Of a DNA stretch of 64,000 bases, positions 26,501 to 38,320 are shown one piece after another (within the stretch, counting starts at the first letter, position 1; each line of letters opens with the position of its first letter). Below the pieces are notes generated by a model. It did not search any database and had not been told where the DNA came from. It was given only the letters and a program-made list of their open reading frames with translations. This DNA comes from Lama glama (lineage: Eukaryota): positions 98,954,001 to 99,018,000 of the forward strand of contig CM052816.1 in NCBI GenBank assembly GCA_028534125.1. The letters are read 5' to 3'. Both the position numbers and the translations under genes were made by a program.

Positions 26501-27261
26501 CTAGGATGACCACGAAATTGTCCATAAGTATGGAAAGGAGGAAAACATTTTCCTATGTGAATGATCCAAGCCCATTTCACAAACATAACTTCCCTTATTA
26601 GCATAAAAAGCACACTTCAAAAAGGGGTTACAAGTTAGCCCTTACAAGTGACTGATTTACTCAGAGGGGCTGGAAATTAAATATTGGCCTCTACTGAAGT
26701 TTCTGTGCTTTGGGGTTTTATTCCTGGTATTACCTAACCTCATTCGTGGGTATTTTTTTAATTGTTGTTGTTTTCTTTTAATCTGTTAGAAATTCATGGA
26801 AGCTATGGGTTCAACACTCTTATTCAAGTAGTTTAATGCAGTAGAAATTGAAATAATCTCAGAGTCATAGATTTTAGATAATTTCTAGAGTAAGAGGCTA
26901 AAAGAGATGTCATTTCTCTTTGGTTCTTAACTCTTAACACACATGCTGGCGTTTGACAAGCTCTTTGTAGTTTCTGTAGTGAAAGCAAATTGGCTGGAGA
27001 TGATGTAGACTTTTGAAGCCAACATTGTCTGACAACCTGTGAATAGCCTTATGCTCAGAATGGAAAGTCATTAACTTATTGGGTCTTAGGGGTGGCCAAA
27101 ACCCAACCCCCCAAATATCCAATTTAAAAATTCAGATGGAAAATTACATATTATTTTAATATAATTGAGTAGAATGTCATTATTTTTGACTGTTTACAGT
27201 TTAACATCTTTTGATTGTTTTTAAATAATATGAATCTTCAGTAACTCAAAACATTCCTTAC

Positions 27262-27311
27262 AGTCATACGGGGCATCCTTCCTGAGGAGCTGAGGATGGG
27301 GTAGATACAAC
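27262..27311 (-). CDS. Candidate small internal exon (50 nt, phase 2-1): LYLPHPQLLRKDAPYD
   Basis: Donor ACT|gtaagg; acceptor aattaaatgcag|G (weak). Frame-compatible with the flanking exons, and its 5' end resembles the terminal exon. Confidence 0.4.
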
Positions 27312-27519
27312 CTGCATTTAATTCTGAGGCAAACATTGACCTTTTCAAGTCCATGCATCATCTCCATCAGGCACTGCACCGTTAGAAGAAAGGTGTGTTA
27401 GTTTTTTTTTAACTGCTTAACAAATTATGAGAAATTCAGCAGCTTTGATGGATTTGATGATTAATAAGAAAGGTAGTGGGAAAGAGCTATGCTTTCTGAC
27501 AATTAACTGTCAGCCAGTA

Positions 27520-28100
27520 TTTAGAAAATGAGCCAGTATCTAGAGGGGAATATAGAATAAAAAATAGATTAGGGAGGAAAGAATTAACCTACAATTTTTC
27601 AGGCTGAGTTGGAAGTACCAAGAGGACGTTCAGCGGTCCAGCGGTCGTCCTAGCGAGAGAGAATTGGGCTGTATAATGTTGGTGCCATTATTTGAAAGTT
27701 GCAGATGCAACCATGAGTAAAGATAAACCAACTTGCCTGGAGAATGTGTAGGAAAAAGGCAGAAGATAGTCGAGGGTGAAATTTCAGAGAATACTAGTAT
27801 TTTTCCTGGGACTTCGATGTTCATGAATGTTTGTTTTATCTTCCTCCTTGAAATTTCGTTGAGCTCCTGTTAGCATGATGTTGCTTCTTCCTTCTCCGAT
27901 GTCTCCCAGGACATACCACAGTCGATGTAGAGCCTGGCGTACAGTAGCTGCTCAATGACTGTTTGCTGATGGATTAATGATAGACTTGTAAATCAGAGTT
28001 CTCCAGATGTTTACTTACGCTTAACAACTGTGCCAAATTCTTAGGCCAGATGAGATAATGTATTCGAAAGCATTGTAAACTCAAACATGCTCTGATAATA
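27520..28100. mobile_element. Cluster of L2 (both orientations) and MIR remnants
   Basis: L2 3'-end-like gtagagcctggcgtacagtagctgctcaatgactgtttgctgatggattaatga; MIR-like gatgagataatgtattcgaaagcattgtaaact. Confidence 0.55.
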
Positions 28101-28604
28101 CAAGTTACTACAAATAGCAAAAGCAAATTTAACCAGTCCAGACAAAGCAGTAAAAGGAGGGGTGCTCTGAGGTTCCCTAGGGTTTTGCTGGTTGAGGCAG
28201 CAGTTTCAAAACCATGTAACCCAGGAATGGCATGGCAACTTGACGGTGTGGTGGGGCTGTCACAGATACGGGTCTGGAAGTCACCAAGAATCATTGCTTC
28301 ACAGAGAGCAGAATCTTAGGGTAGATTTTTATTTTCTTTTCTCAAAAAGACCTCAGGAGTGTTTTGAAGCTTGAAGTTTGAGCAGGAATTTTCAAACAAA
28401 TTTAGACTCTTCACGGGATCCTAGGATGATTCTGTCGGTAAGGAACCCTTCAGCATTGGCAATAACCTACATCCACGTCTAAGAGAAGATTCACCCTTCA
28501 GTGCCCTTCCATGTCTCCCAGGCACATGGCTTTGCCCCTGTGAACTCTCAGCTTCCCTCAGGCAGTCATGATCTGGGTATCCAGCTCCATGGAAAGAAAT
28601 GCAC

Positions 28605-28724
28605 GTGTCAGTGTCTCTGATGACTGCTTCTTGATTGAGCTCCAACAGTTCCTCAGGGACGTCTTCAGTGAGCCTGCCATCCACGGAGGCCATCCGCTGC
28701 ATCTCCGGGGCTCTCATCTTATAC
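28605..28724 (-). CDS. Candidate exon of unnamed gene (120 nt, phase 2-2): YKMRAPEMQRMASVDGRLTEDVPEELLELNQEAVIRDTD
   Basis: Acceptor tcctgtttcaaag|G, donor CAC|gtgcat (weak). Only this frame is open, composition is protein-like, length divisible by 3. Confidence 0.5.
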
Positions 28725-31700
28725 CTTTGAAACAGGATCATGTTGACTTCTTCAGCTCTTTGCTGATTCTCACAAAGCAGATGATTCATCAACTAAATAA
28801 TATGCAAGTTGACAAATATTTGTTCCTTTGGTTTCATTTCTAATCTCATCACTGATACTGCTCAAGCCCTTGTAAGTATTTTAAAATAAAATACACACTT
28901 TCAGCTCGAGAGCATTCCTCAGTCTGAGGCTGAGAGAAGAGGGAGGAATTGCAGGCAAAGAGCTAACCATGTTGGACAAGTTATAATTCACAGTCAATGT
29001 CTGCAGGCTCAGTAGGGAATATTTTGGATGGTCTATACATTTGTGAAATAATTTAGTGCAATGGTTACTCTTATGTATTTATGATAAGACTTTCATCCTT
29101 GGCTCTACATTCATGCACATGTTATGTTAAATATTTTAATTTAAATGGGAAACCTCAAGCATCCAATTCTCACCCAGTGGAGAATAAGAGCTGCCTGTGA
29201 AAAAATACGGCTTTCCCTTTCTAACATCTGTCTGTTCTAGTCACAAGAAAAGGGAAACACTTTTCCTTTTATTTCATGGTTGGACCTGTCACCAACTATT
29301 GATTCTCCCATTCTAATTTCTTCCACCCTTCTCTCTCTTTCTCACTTACTGCTGATGTCACTTGAGGTCAGGCACCACCTTGTGTCTGATCATCATATGA
29401 AATGACAGATCACACCCACAGGGAAGAACGTTTAATCACACTGCAGCATAATGACAAGCGATGTTATGAGACCTAGTTTGTTCTCTTTTCTCTCTCCCTC
29501 CCTTCTTTCCTCCCTCCTTTCCTTCCTTCCTCCTGCAGCCATAAACTGAACACACGTCATTGTGTTCCAGCCACTGAGTTCGCAGAGATAGAGAGTGAAA
29601 TCCTTATCCATGAAGGAGGTAATTATAAAATGCTGTCACAAATGTCACGGCAGAAGAAAGGGCAGGGGAACGCCATCTACTAGGAACGGGCACTGGGACT
29701 TCTGGAAGAGGGTTTACCACCTAAGCTGAGAGCTCAAAGATAAACAGCTGGTGGACAATGAAGGAGGGTACTTTACTCCAGGTCCTGGGAGAGGCAGAAG
29801 CACAGAAAATTTCAGGAGAATACAGAGTACTTCTCAGTTTGACATAAGGATTGGATTCGAGAGAATGAGCTAAAATAGAGAGGTCAGGGAGGGGCAAGAG
29901 TGAGCCCTTGATGGAACCTCCAGGACATCTAAGTGAAGACCCCTTCCTGAGCACAGTGACAAATGCCTGGGAGGCGACACGAGGAGAGAGGTGAGCGGGT
30001 CAGTCCTTTCTGGTTCTTCTTCCCTGTAAAATGCAAGTTTTAAGGAGCAGAGACGCTCTTCTGCTGCTAGAATCAAGGAGAATGCCTGGTGTACAGTAGG
30101 CACGTGACAAATACATGCTGACTACGTGAGTGGGTGTGCATTTTTTAAAGCCCAAGTAGAGAGAAGTCCTACAGCGAGGACCTTTTGTGGATTCTGGGAG
30201 ACAATGCAGGTACTCAGCGTGCAGAGCCGTCCTAAGATACTTACACAATCACGCAGGAACTAACCTCGTGATTAACTCAGACGCCCCTCAGGTAGTCGGC
30301 TACGTAGCATAAGCGTGGCCCTCTCTGGGCAGTGACAGCGGCTCCCTGTGACCGCTCAGAAGAGCTGTGTGAACGAACGCCCACCGCTGAGGAACCACTA
30401 GTGAGGCAGAAGGGCCTCCAGCCCCACAGAGGGCAAGGCGAGGTAGGGAAAGGGGACAGGGGTCGCGCAGAGCGGCCCAGCGCGGCAGGCTCTGCAGCTC
30501 CCTCAAGCTGTGCTGCGCACGGTGGAGAAAGAAGTGCTAAGCTCTGTGGCTGCCTCACATGTCATCACGGCGGTCCACGGTAACGGTCCCCTGAGACAGC
30601 TTTCTGGTTCTCATCTCCACGCCCACATTTCTGGTCCATCCAACCTGCACTCTATCAGACTAATGCTCCCCAAGCACCCGTTTCATCGTGACGTTGCCTG
30701 GGTCAAACAGTTACAACCTAGACAGCATTCATCTGACACATGTTTGTGATTTGGCAGCCGGGCTGCTGGGCCACAGCGAAACAACCCTAAACAAGCCATT
30801 GCACTGCCCTTGAAATGCGCAGAGCCTGGGGGATGTGGGCGGCCGGGGAGCACCTGGGGCAGGGGCGCAGGCGCCTGCCCTGGGCAGGACTGGGCTGCCT
30901 GCCACACCGATGTGAACCTGGACAGGGGCTCCACCCGTGATGCCTCCGGTCTCTCGTCTGCCAAGTGGAAGTCATGACTGCCTCTCAGACGGCAGTTGTG
31001 AGACTGTGTGTGAGAAGAAATTCAAGCAACGAGCTGCCGCAAGGGTTCAGTAGGTATCAAGCATGGCCTGTCACCCAGATGATACAGGGTCATATTTAGG
31101 GCACCCTTCAGCTTGGCCCGTGGTTTTCTTGTAAACCTTTGTTCTGACCCTTCCAGCAAACCACATTCCCGCACCGGGTCGCTATTCCCACCCACTGACA
31201 TACTTCCTTTCAAGTTGCAACCGAGGGAAGGGAGCCATGCCTCTCAGAGTTAGAGAGAAGGCCTCCAGACAGCCAGGGAATTGGCCTGGTTCTCTGTCCC
31301 ACGACAGTGGGCCGCCCTCTCCAGCGTGCTGGTTTTAAGTGCTCCTGTGAGAGGCACTGACTGCTGAGGGTCCACTGGGTTTAACTCCACCTCGGTTACC
31401 TGAAGGTGTGGCTCAGAGGGCAACATAAATAGATAAAACTGGATTCGTGTTTATTATCGTGGCTGAATGTTTCTACCCGTTTATTTTAAGCCCACATCAC
31501 TTTACGGAGTGTGGCTTATCACACCGGAGCTTTAGATGAGACAGCTGAGACCCATGGAGGTGCAACGACTAGTCTCCGGCTGCCCAGTTAGCAACTGTGA
31601 GAGTCCCATCCTCATCCTTATTCCAAAGCCCGAATTCTCTCCTTTGCGCTGTTCTGACTCTCAGAAGCGCATACGATCATTTTTCTAACTGACTCCTCGT

Positions 31701-32685
31701 GTTGATGTGGAGGTTGGTTCTCTCAAAACGGGCAAACAGCTTTTCAGAATTTGAGTGGTGAGACAAACTTTCTCCCGAGTGGGTGGCTGTCAGTCCAGGG
31801 GGATGGACTCGTCCGGCAGAGCCCTGACGAGAAGGGTAGCAGGTACTGCTCACAACAGCTTTTCAAGCTGAGCCAGTCTGCTAGTTATTAACTGTCTGGA
31901 AGCAATTTCCAGTCTTAAAGTAGCCAGGACATGCGGCTAATACAGCCGGAGTCAGCATTGCGGCCTCTGCTCATAAATGCCTTATTTAGAAAGAGGCCGG
32001 GCTGTTGTGACTTGGCAGTCTTCTGTTCTTTGGAGATAAGGTGCAAGTTCCTAGTAACGAAACATGAAAACAAACATATTACAATTATTTAACATATGTT
32101 ACAAGTAAATAATTGGAGAATGCACATTTGCCTCCTTTTCCCCTGTCTTTTATTATTATTTCCTTTGAACTAACACACTCCCCCAACTGCCAAACACATG
32201 TTTTTTGGGTGACGGAGTCACTGGGAGGAGCAGACCCGGCACGATTCTCTGCTGTTCCCACGCCCACCACGTGAGCGCCCCGCGGATGGGATTACGCCCT
32301 GATGCTGCGCGTGGGCAGCCCACGTCCTGCCAGGCTCTGGGAACTGATCCAGTTCAAGAAATCCTGGCTTGTTATTTGCCGCAGCACAAAAATTAAAGCT
32401 GCTTTTCCAGGCTCACTAATACTGCAGCCAACTAGTGACAGATCCTTTGCTTCCCAAAAGATCAGAATCCTGCCATTTGGGGGATGACTCTGCTCATGGA
32501 AGGCAGGGTTGGGTGGTGGATGCAAGTATGCACTCTAGAGAGGGTCCGTTAAAGGTGAACCCTGCTTCCGTCACTAACTTGGTCTAAGCTCCTCCACAGA
32601 ATAAACCTGGTATAGCGTTTGAATGAATTAACTGAGTTAGGCAGAGAAGCCCTGAGATCAGTGCATCACAGAAGTGCTTGCTCTG

Positions 32686-32820
32686 ATGGTGATGATGAAG
32701 ATGAAGATGATGAAGACGAAGCAGAAGGGGAAGGGGAGGGGGAGGGGGAATGGGAAGGGGAGGGGAAAACAAGGGGAAGGGGAAGGGGAAGTGGAAGACA
32801 AGGGGAAGAGGATGGTGATG
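32686..32820. repeat. Purine-rich low-complexity tract: (GAT/GAA)n followed by (GAGGGG/GAAGGG)n
   Basis: gatgatgaagatgaagatgatgaagacgaagcagaaggggaaggggagggggaggggg... Confidence 0.9.
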
Positions 32821-33471
32821 ACTGGATTGTGTAGAAAACCCTCAGCAAAAATAATGATTGGAGGGACATTAATGCCAGATCTAGCAGAACTAACACAAAG
32901 AGATTGTAAAGCCACTTTAATTATATATTTATTATTTTTAATATTTCTCTGTTTATTAGTTACTTTAATAAACAAATAGATAGCATATGTCTAAAGAGTT
33001 GGGGAAACGCCTAGCAAGAAATATAAAACATCATCCTTTCACTTATTACTTCATTTGGACTAAAAATGTTTTATACATTAAACTGACCTAGGTTAAAAAT
33101 TATATGCTATGATTCAGTCATGCACAGATAAAATCTTTTTTTTTCAATGATCAGAAACCCAAATTTTCCACGAGTGTCTTTCTGCTCAAGGACTAAATAG
33201 TCAGAAAACATTAATTTTTGCCCTAAAAGACCCTTCCTGTCTACTTCAGCCTCTTTGGCATAAGCATCCAGTCTTTGAGAGAGGTGCCTTTTTCACTTAA
33301 ACCAAACAAACAAACAAACAGACAGACAACATTTTATTTTAGAAGAGTTTTAAGATTACGGAGCAACTGTTAAGGTAGTTCAGGGAGCTCCCATGAACCT
33401 GAAAACCAGTTCCCCCTCTTATTAACATCTTATCTCATTAATTTGTTCCAAATAATGAACCAGTATTGATA

Positions 33472-33971
33472 NNNNNNNNNNNNNNNNNNNNNNNNNNNNN
33501 NNNNNNNNNNNNNNNNNNNNNNNNNNNNNNNNNNNNNNNNNNNNNNNNNNNNNNNNNNNNNNNNNNNNNNNNNNNNNNNNNNNNNNNNNNNNNNNNNNNN
33601 NNNNNNNNNNNNNNNNNNNNNNNNNNNNNNNNNNNNNNNNNNNNNNNNNNNNNNNNNNNNNNNNNNNNNNNNNNNNNNNNNNNNNNNNNNNNNNNNNNNN
33701 NNNNNNNNNNNNNNNNNNNNNNNNNNNNNNNNNNNNNNNNNNNNNNNNNNNNNNNNNNNNNNNNNNNNNNNNNNNNNNNNNNNNNNNNNNNNNNNNNNNN
33801 NNNNNNNNNNNNNNNNNNNNNNNNNNNNNNNNNNNNNNNNNNNNNNNNNNNNNNNNNNNNNNNNNNNNNNNNNNNNNNNNNNNNNNNNNNNNNNNNNNNN
33901 NNNNNNNNNNNNNNNNNNNNNNNNNNNNNNNNNNNNNNNNNNNNNNNNNNNNNNNNNNNNNNNNNNNNNNN
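33472..33971. other. Assembly gap (500 N)
   Basis: Run of N. Confidence 1.
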
Positions 33972-34778
33972 TCTTTATCAGGGAGATAATCCCATTCACA
34001 GGGGCTCCCCCCTCATGACCTGGTCACCTCCCTAAGGCCCCACCTCTTAACATCAATACATTGAACATTAGGGTTCAATATATGAATTTTAGAGAGACAG
34101 ACTTTCAGTTCAAAGCAAGTATCTATGTGCATTATTTGCAGATTTTCTGTGTTGGATATTTGCCCATTCCTCCCCCATTTTCTTTTGTATTCAGTCTTTT
34201 ATTTGTATCACTATGAGCTCATGGATATTTATTTCATACTTTGGATTATAATCCAAGACCACCATATTCATTTTGTTGTTTTGACTGTTCCAGCCTTGGC
34301 CGTAAGCAAGCCTTTCATTTGGCTCCTTCATCCCGTAGCCATACCCCCATCAATTGTGCTTTTTGTTTGCTCGCTTATTTTTTTGTTTGTTTTTGAGAGA
34401 ATCTTCACTTTCTGCCACTACAAGACGTCCCAAGCTCATTTTTCACATCTCCAATCACAGTCATAAAATCAGCCAGTTCTCCAAGGAGCCCTGGTTCCTT
34501 TATCAGAGAGTGGACTCAGAAGCCACCGTCTGAAACCAGAGGTACCTGCAGCTGCTGCGTTGCTGCTGCGTCTTAGCTCTCGTCTGACACAGCAAGGAAA
34601 TGTACATGTGCATTTTAACTACTGAATATGCAAATGTCTATCAATAGTTCTTAGATGTAGCCATCTGTTTCTAATGATGCTAAATGTGAATTTATATGGA
34701 TATTTTAGATTCTAATCCATTACCTCATAAGTCATTCTAGTCTCCTCCCTTTGCTTATCTGTAACTTCCCACTGCAAT

Positions 34779-35073
34779 AATTCCAGTACAGAACAGAAAA
34801 CAAACTTACGGTTACCAAGGGGGGAAGGCGGTGGGGAGGGATAAATTGGCAGTTTGAGATTTGCAGATACTAACTACTAGATATAAAACAGATAAAAAAT
34901 AAGTTTCTTCTGTACAGCACAGGGCAATATATTCAATATCTTGTAGTAACCTATAATGAAAAAGAATATGAAAATATATGTATATGGATGCCGGAACTAT
35001 TATGCCGTACACCAGAAATTGACACAATATTGTAAGCTGACTATATCTCAGTCTAAAAAGAAATCCCAGCACA
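34779..35073 (+). mobile_element. Short L1 3' UTR insertion nested in the older L1, with a diverged ~12-bp TSD
   Basis: aaacttacggttaccaaggggggaagg...ctgtacagcacagggcaatatattcaatatcttgtagtaacctataatg. Flanks aattccagtaca (34779-34790) and aatcccagcaca (35062-35073). Confidence 0.85.
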
Positions 35074-36392
35074 CACGTAGGTCAGTAGTACATTTGTTAA
35101 CCTGCACCCCCATGTGACATAACTTTATCAATTACTGTGCAGTGCTATGTCTCATTTCTTTTGCCTTTATTTTTACAGATACCACTAATACCTAAAGTTA
35201 CTTAGGACAAAAACATCTTCCCTCATTCCCTTGATGAGATTGCTTCCTGTATTTGTAGTTGAGCCAGATGTTTTGTCATGCCTCTGTCCAGGGGTCCCCA
35301 ACATCCACTGTAAGGATGCACTACAGTTTGTTTATCCATTGGTCCACTGAAGGACATCTTGGCTGCTTCCGGTTTTGGGTGATAATGAATAAAGGTACCG
35401 TAAGTGTTTACATGTAAGTGTTTGTGGGTGTAAGTATTCAAATCAGTTGGGTAAATACCGAGGAATATGATTGCTGGTTTGTGTGCTGAGACTGTATTTA
35501 GTTTTTAAGAAATTGCCATTCTGTCTTCCAAAGTGGCTGTGCTGTTTTGCATTCCCACGAGGAGTGAGTGAGAATTCCTCTTAGGGTAAACCCTCACCAG
35601 CAGCTGGAATGGACAAGTTTTTAAATTTATTTTTAATTAATTTATTTTTAAAATTTAGGCCATTCTAGTAGGAACTAGTAGTATCTAGTTGCCATTTCAA
35701 TTTGGAATTCCCTAATGACAAACGATGTTTAACATCTTTTTATTTGCTTATGTGCCATATGCATGTCTTTTTTGGTGAGGTGATCATTTGCCCCATTTTT
35801 AAATTACATTATTTGTTTACTTATTGTTGAGCCTTAAGCATACACTGTACATTGTGGATATGTCTTTTATTGGATATGAGTTTTGCATATATTTTCTTCC
35901 AGTCCGTGGCTTTGATTTTAACTATCTTAACAACATCTTTTACAGAACACCAGTTTTTTTTTTTTAATTTTAACAAACTCCAACTTGCCAATTTTTTTTT
36001 CTCTCATGGAGTATACTTTTGGTTATTATACTTAAAAGCTCATTATTAAACCCAAAGTAACTTTGATCTCCCCCGCCATGTTTTCTTCTAGAACTGCTGC
36101 AGTTTTGCATTATACATTTAGACTGAAGATACATTTTTAGTTAATTTAGGGGTAAGGTGTAAGATCTGTGCCTAGGTTCATTTTGAAAAGTTTAGATGTT
36201 CAAATCTTCAGGTACTGTCGTTGAAAAGAGGATTATATTGCCTTCAATTCTTTTACGTAAATCAGTTAACTATGTGTGTGAACATATTCATAGGCTCTCT
36301 ATTCAGTTACTTTAGTCTAAATATCTATTCTTTTACTGTTATCACACAATCTTGTTGACTGGAGCTCTACAGTAAGATTTAAAATAAGCTAG

Positions 36393-37433
36393 TCTGGATC
36401 ATATGGCAAGTCTACTTTTAGTTTTTTAAGGAACCTCCATAGTGTCCCCCACAGTGGCTGCACCAGTTTACATTCCCACCAGCAGTGTAGGAGGGCTCTT
36501 TTTCCCCACACCCTCTCCAGCATTTGTCATTTGTAGACTTTTAAATGATGGCCATTCTGGCGGGGGTGAGATGACATCTTATTATAGTTTTGATTTGCAT
36601 TTCTCTAACAATTAGTGATAATGGCCATCTCTTCATGTGCTTGTTGGCCATCTGCCTGTCTTCTTTGGAGAGATGTCTGTTTGGGTCTTCTGCCCATTTT
36701 TTGATTGGGTTGCTTGTTTTTTGATATTAAGGTGTATGAGCTGTTTGTATATTTTGGAAATTAGTCCCTTGTCTGTCACATCATTTTCAAATATTTTCTC
36801 CCATCCTGTAGGTTGCTTTGTTTTCATTTTGTTGATGGCATCTCTAGCTGTGCAGAAGCTTTTAGTTTAATTAGATCCCATTTGTTTAGTTTGCTTTTAT
36901 TTCCATTACTCCAGGAGCTGGTTCAAAAAATTTACTGCTGTGATTTATGTACAAGAGTGTTCTGTCTATGTTTTCCTCTAAGAGTTTTATACTATCTGGT
37001 CTTACATTTAAGTCTTTAATCCATTTTGAATTTATTTATGTATATGGTGTTAGAGAATGTTCTAATTTTAGTCTTTTACAGGTAGCTGTCCAGTTTTCCC
37101 AGTACCACTTATTGAAGAGATTGTCTTTTCTCCATTGTATATTCTTGCCTCCTTTGTCTTAGATTAATTGACCATAAGTGTGTGGATTTATTTATGGACT
37201 TTCTGTCCTTTTCCATTGATCTATGTGTCTGTTTCTGTGCCAGTACCATACTGTTTTGATTAGTGTGGCTTTGTAGACTTACCATACAATCTCACAATGA
37301 CCCAGAGAAAAATACAATTCAAAAAGACACATTCACCCCAATGTTCATAGCAGCACTATTTACAATAACCGAGACATGGAAACAGCCTAAATGTCCATCA
37401 ACAGATGACTGGATAAAGAAGATGTGGAATACA

Positions 37434-37473
<40 letters not shown>

Positions 37474-37625
37474 GGAATACTATTCAGCCATAAAAAAGAA
37501 TAAAATAATGCCATTTGCAGCAACATGGATGGGCCTAGAGGTTGTCATTCTAAGTAAAGTAAGCCAGAAAGAGAAAGAAAAATGCTCTATGATATCCCTT
37601 ATACGTGGAATTAAAAAAAAAGACA
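36393..37625. mobile_element. L1 with 5' inversion: antisense ORF2 segment ~36393-37277 joined to a sense 3' segment ~37274-37625; (CA)n at ~37430-37470
   Basis: Minus ORF 36633-36827 (QPTGWEKIFENDVTDKGLISKIYKQL) and plus ORF 37263-37493 (KDTFTPMFIAALFTITETWKQPKCPSTDDWIKKMW) are both L1 ORF2. Confidence 0.9.
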
Positions 37626-37909
37626 CTTACTATTTATAACTTAGATGATTGATTTCTTAAATATGTGTAAGCACATGTGACTGTCCTTTATGATTGGATT
37701 ACTGCATTCTGTTGATTCTTATTTTGTAGTTGGCTTTATCCCTTTGATGAGTACTTATATTTAAAAAGCTAAAGCTCTAAACTGTTCTTAGAAACAATGA
37801 ACAGTACATATACATAAATTTTAAAATGGTTTTATCTCTCAATGAGTTGCTCTTCCTAGAATAAACTTTGTTTACCCCCCCAAAATTAATTAATTAATTT
37901 TTAAAAAGT

Positions 37910-38320
37910 AAATTCTTCCCATATTACCTACAGATTCAATTAAATCCCAAAAAAAGAGAGAAGACTTTGTTTGGTATAAATTCACAATCTAATTCTAAAA
38001 TATATATGCACCTGGAAATGGCTTAGAATAGCTGAAGTAATTACAAAAACAAGCACACAAACAAACGGATTTGGAGGATCTGCTCTATCTGATTTCAAGA
38101 CTTACTATGAAGTCATAGTTCCCAAGACTGCCTTCCTGGTATCAGGATAGAAATACAAGAATTGGAACATAACAAAGTCCAAAAAGACTCTTGTGGTGAT
38201 GGACATTACATAAGGGACAGACTGATCTTCAACAAAATATCAAATAATTCAAATTAAAAGAGATATTTTTAACAAAAGTTACTGAAATAATTGGATATCC
38301 AAATACAAAAACAAAACAAA
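37910..38320 (+). mobile_element. Old L1M ORF2 fragment
   Basis: cctacagattcaattaaatccc...ctatctgatttcaagacttactatgaag. Confidence 0.7.

Larger units (their letters stand above)
33330..36390 (-). mobile_element. Old L1M (L1MC-like) 3' region, interrupted by a gap, an MLT1 piece (~33972-34115) and a younger L1 insert
   Basis: Antisense L1 phrases: ttttattttagaagagttttaagattac; tttgtttatccattggtccactgaaggacatcttggctgcttcc; ctgtcttccaaagtggctgt. Confidence 0.8.

Noticed and set aside
16618..28724. Assignment of the exon chain to known adaptors (CLNK, GAB, DCBLD, STAP families)
   Set aside because: Only short motif-level resemblances such as PE.QRM.S and YDRP; no extended match that I can support from memory.
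30244..30397. Minus-strand exon-like segment with a strong GTAAGT donor
   Set aside because: Stops in all three frames; no other support.
32584..32979. ORFs with poly-D/E, GE, PS or His runs
   Set aside because: Translations of a simple purine repeat, with no splice context.
33430..34035. 189-aa ORFs on both strands
   Set aside because: They are made of X residues from the 500-N gap.
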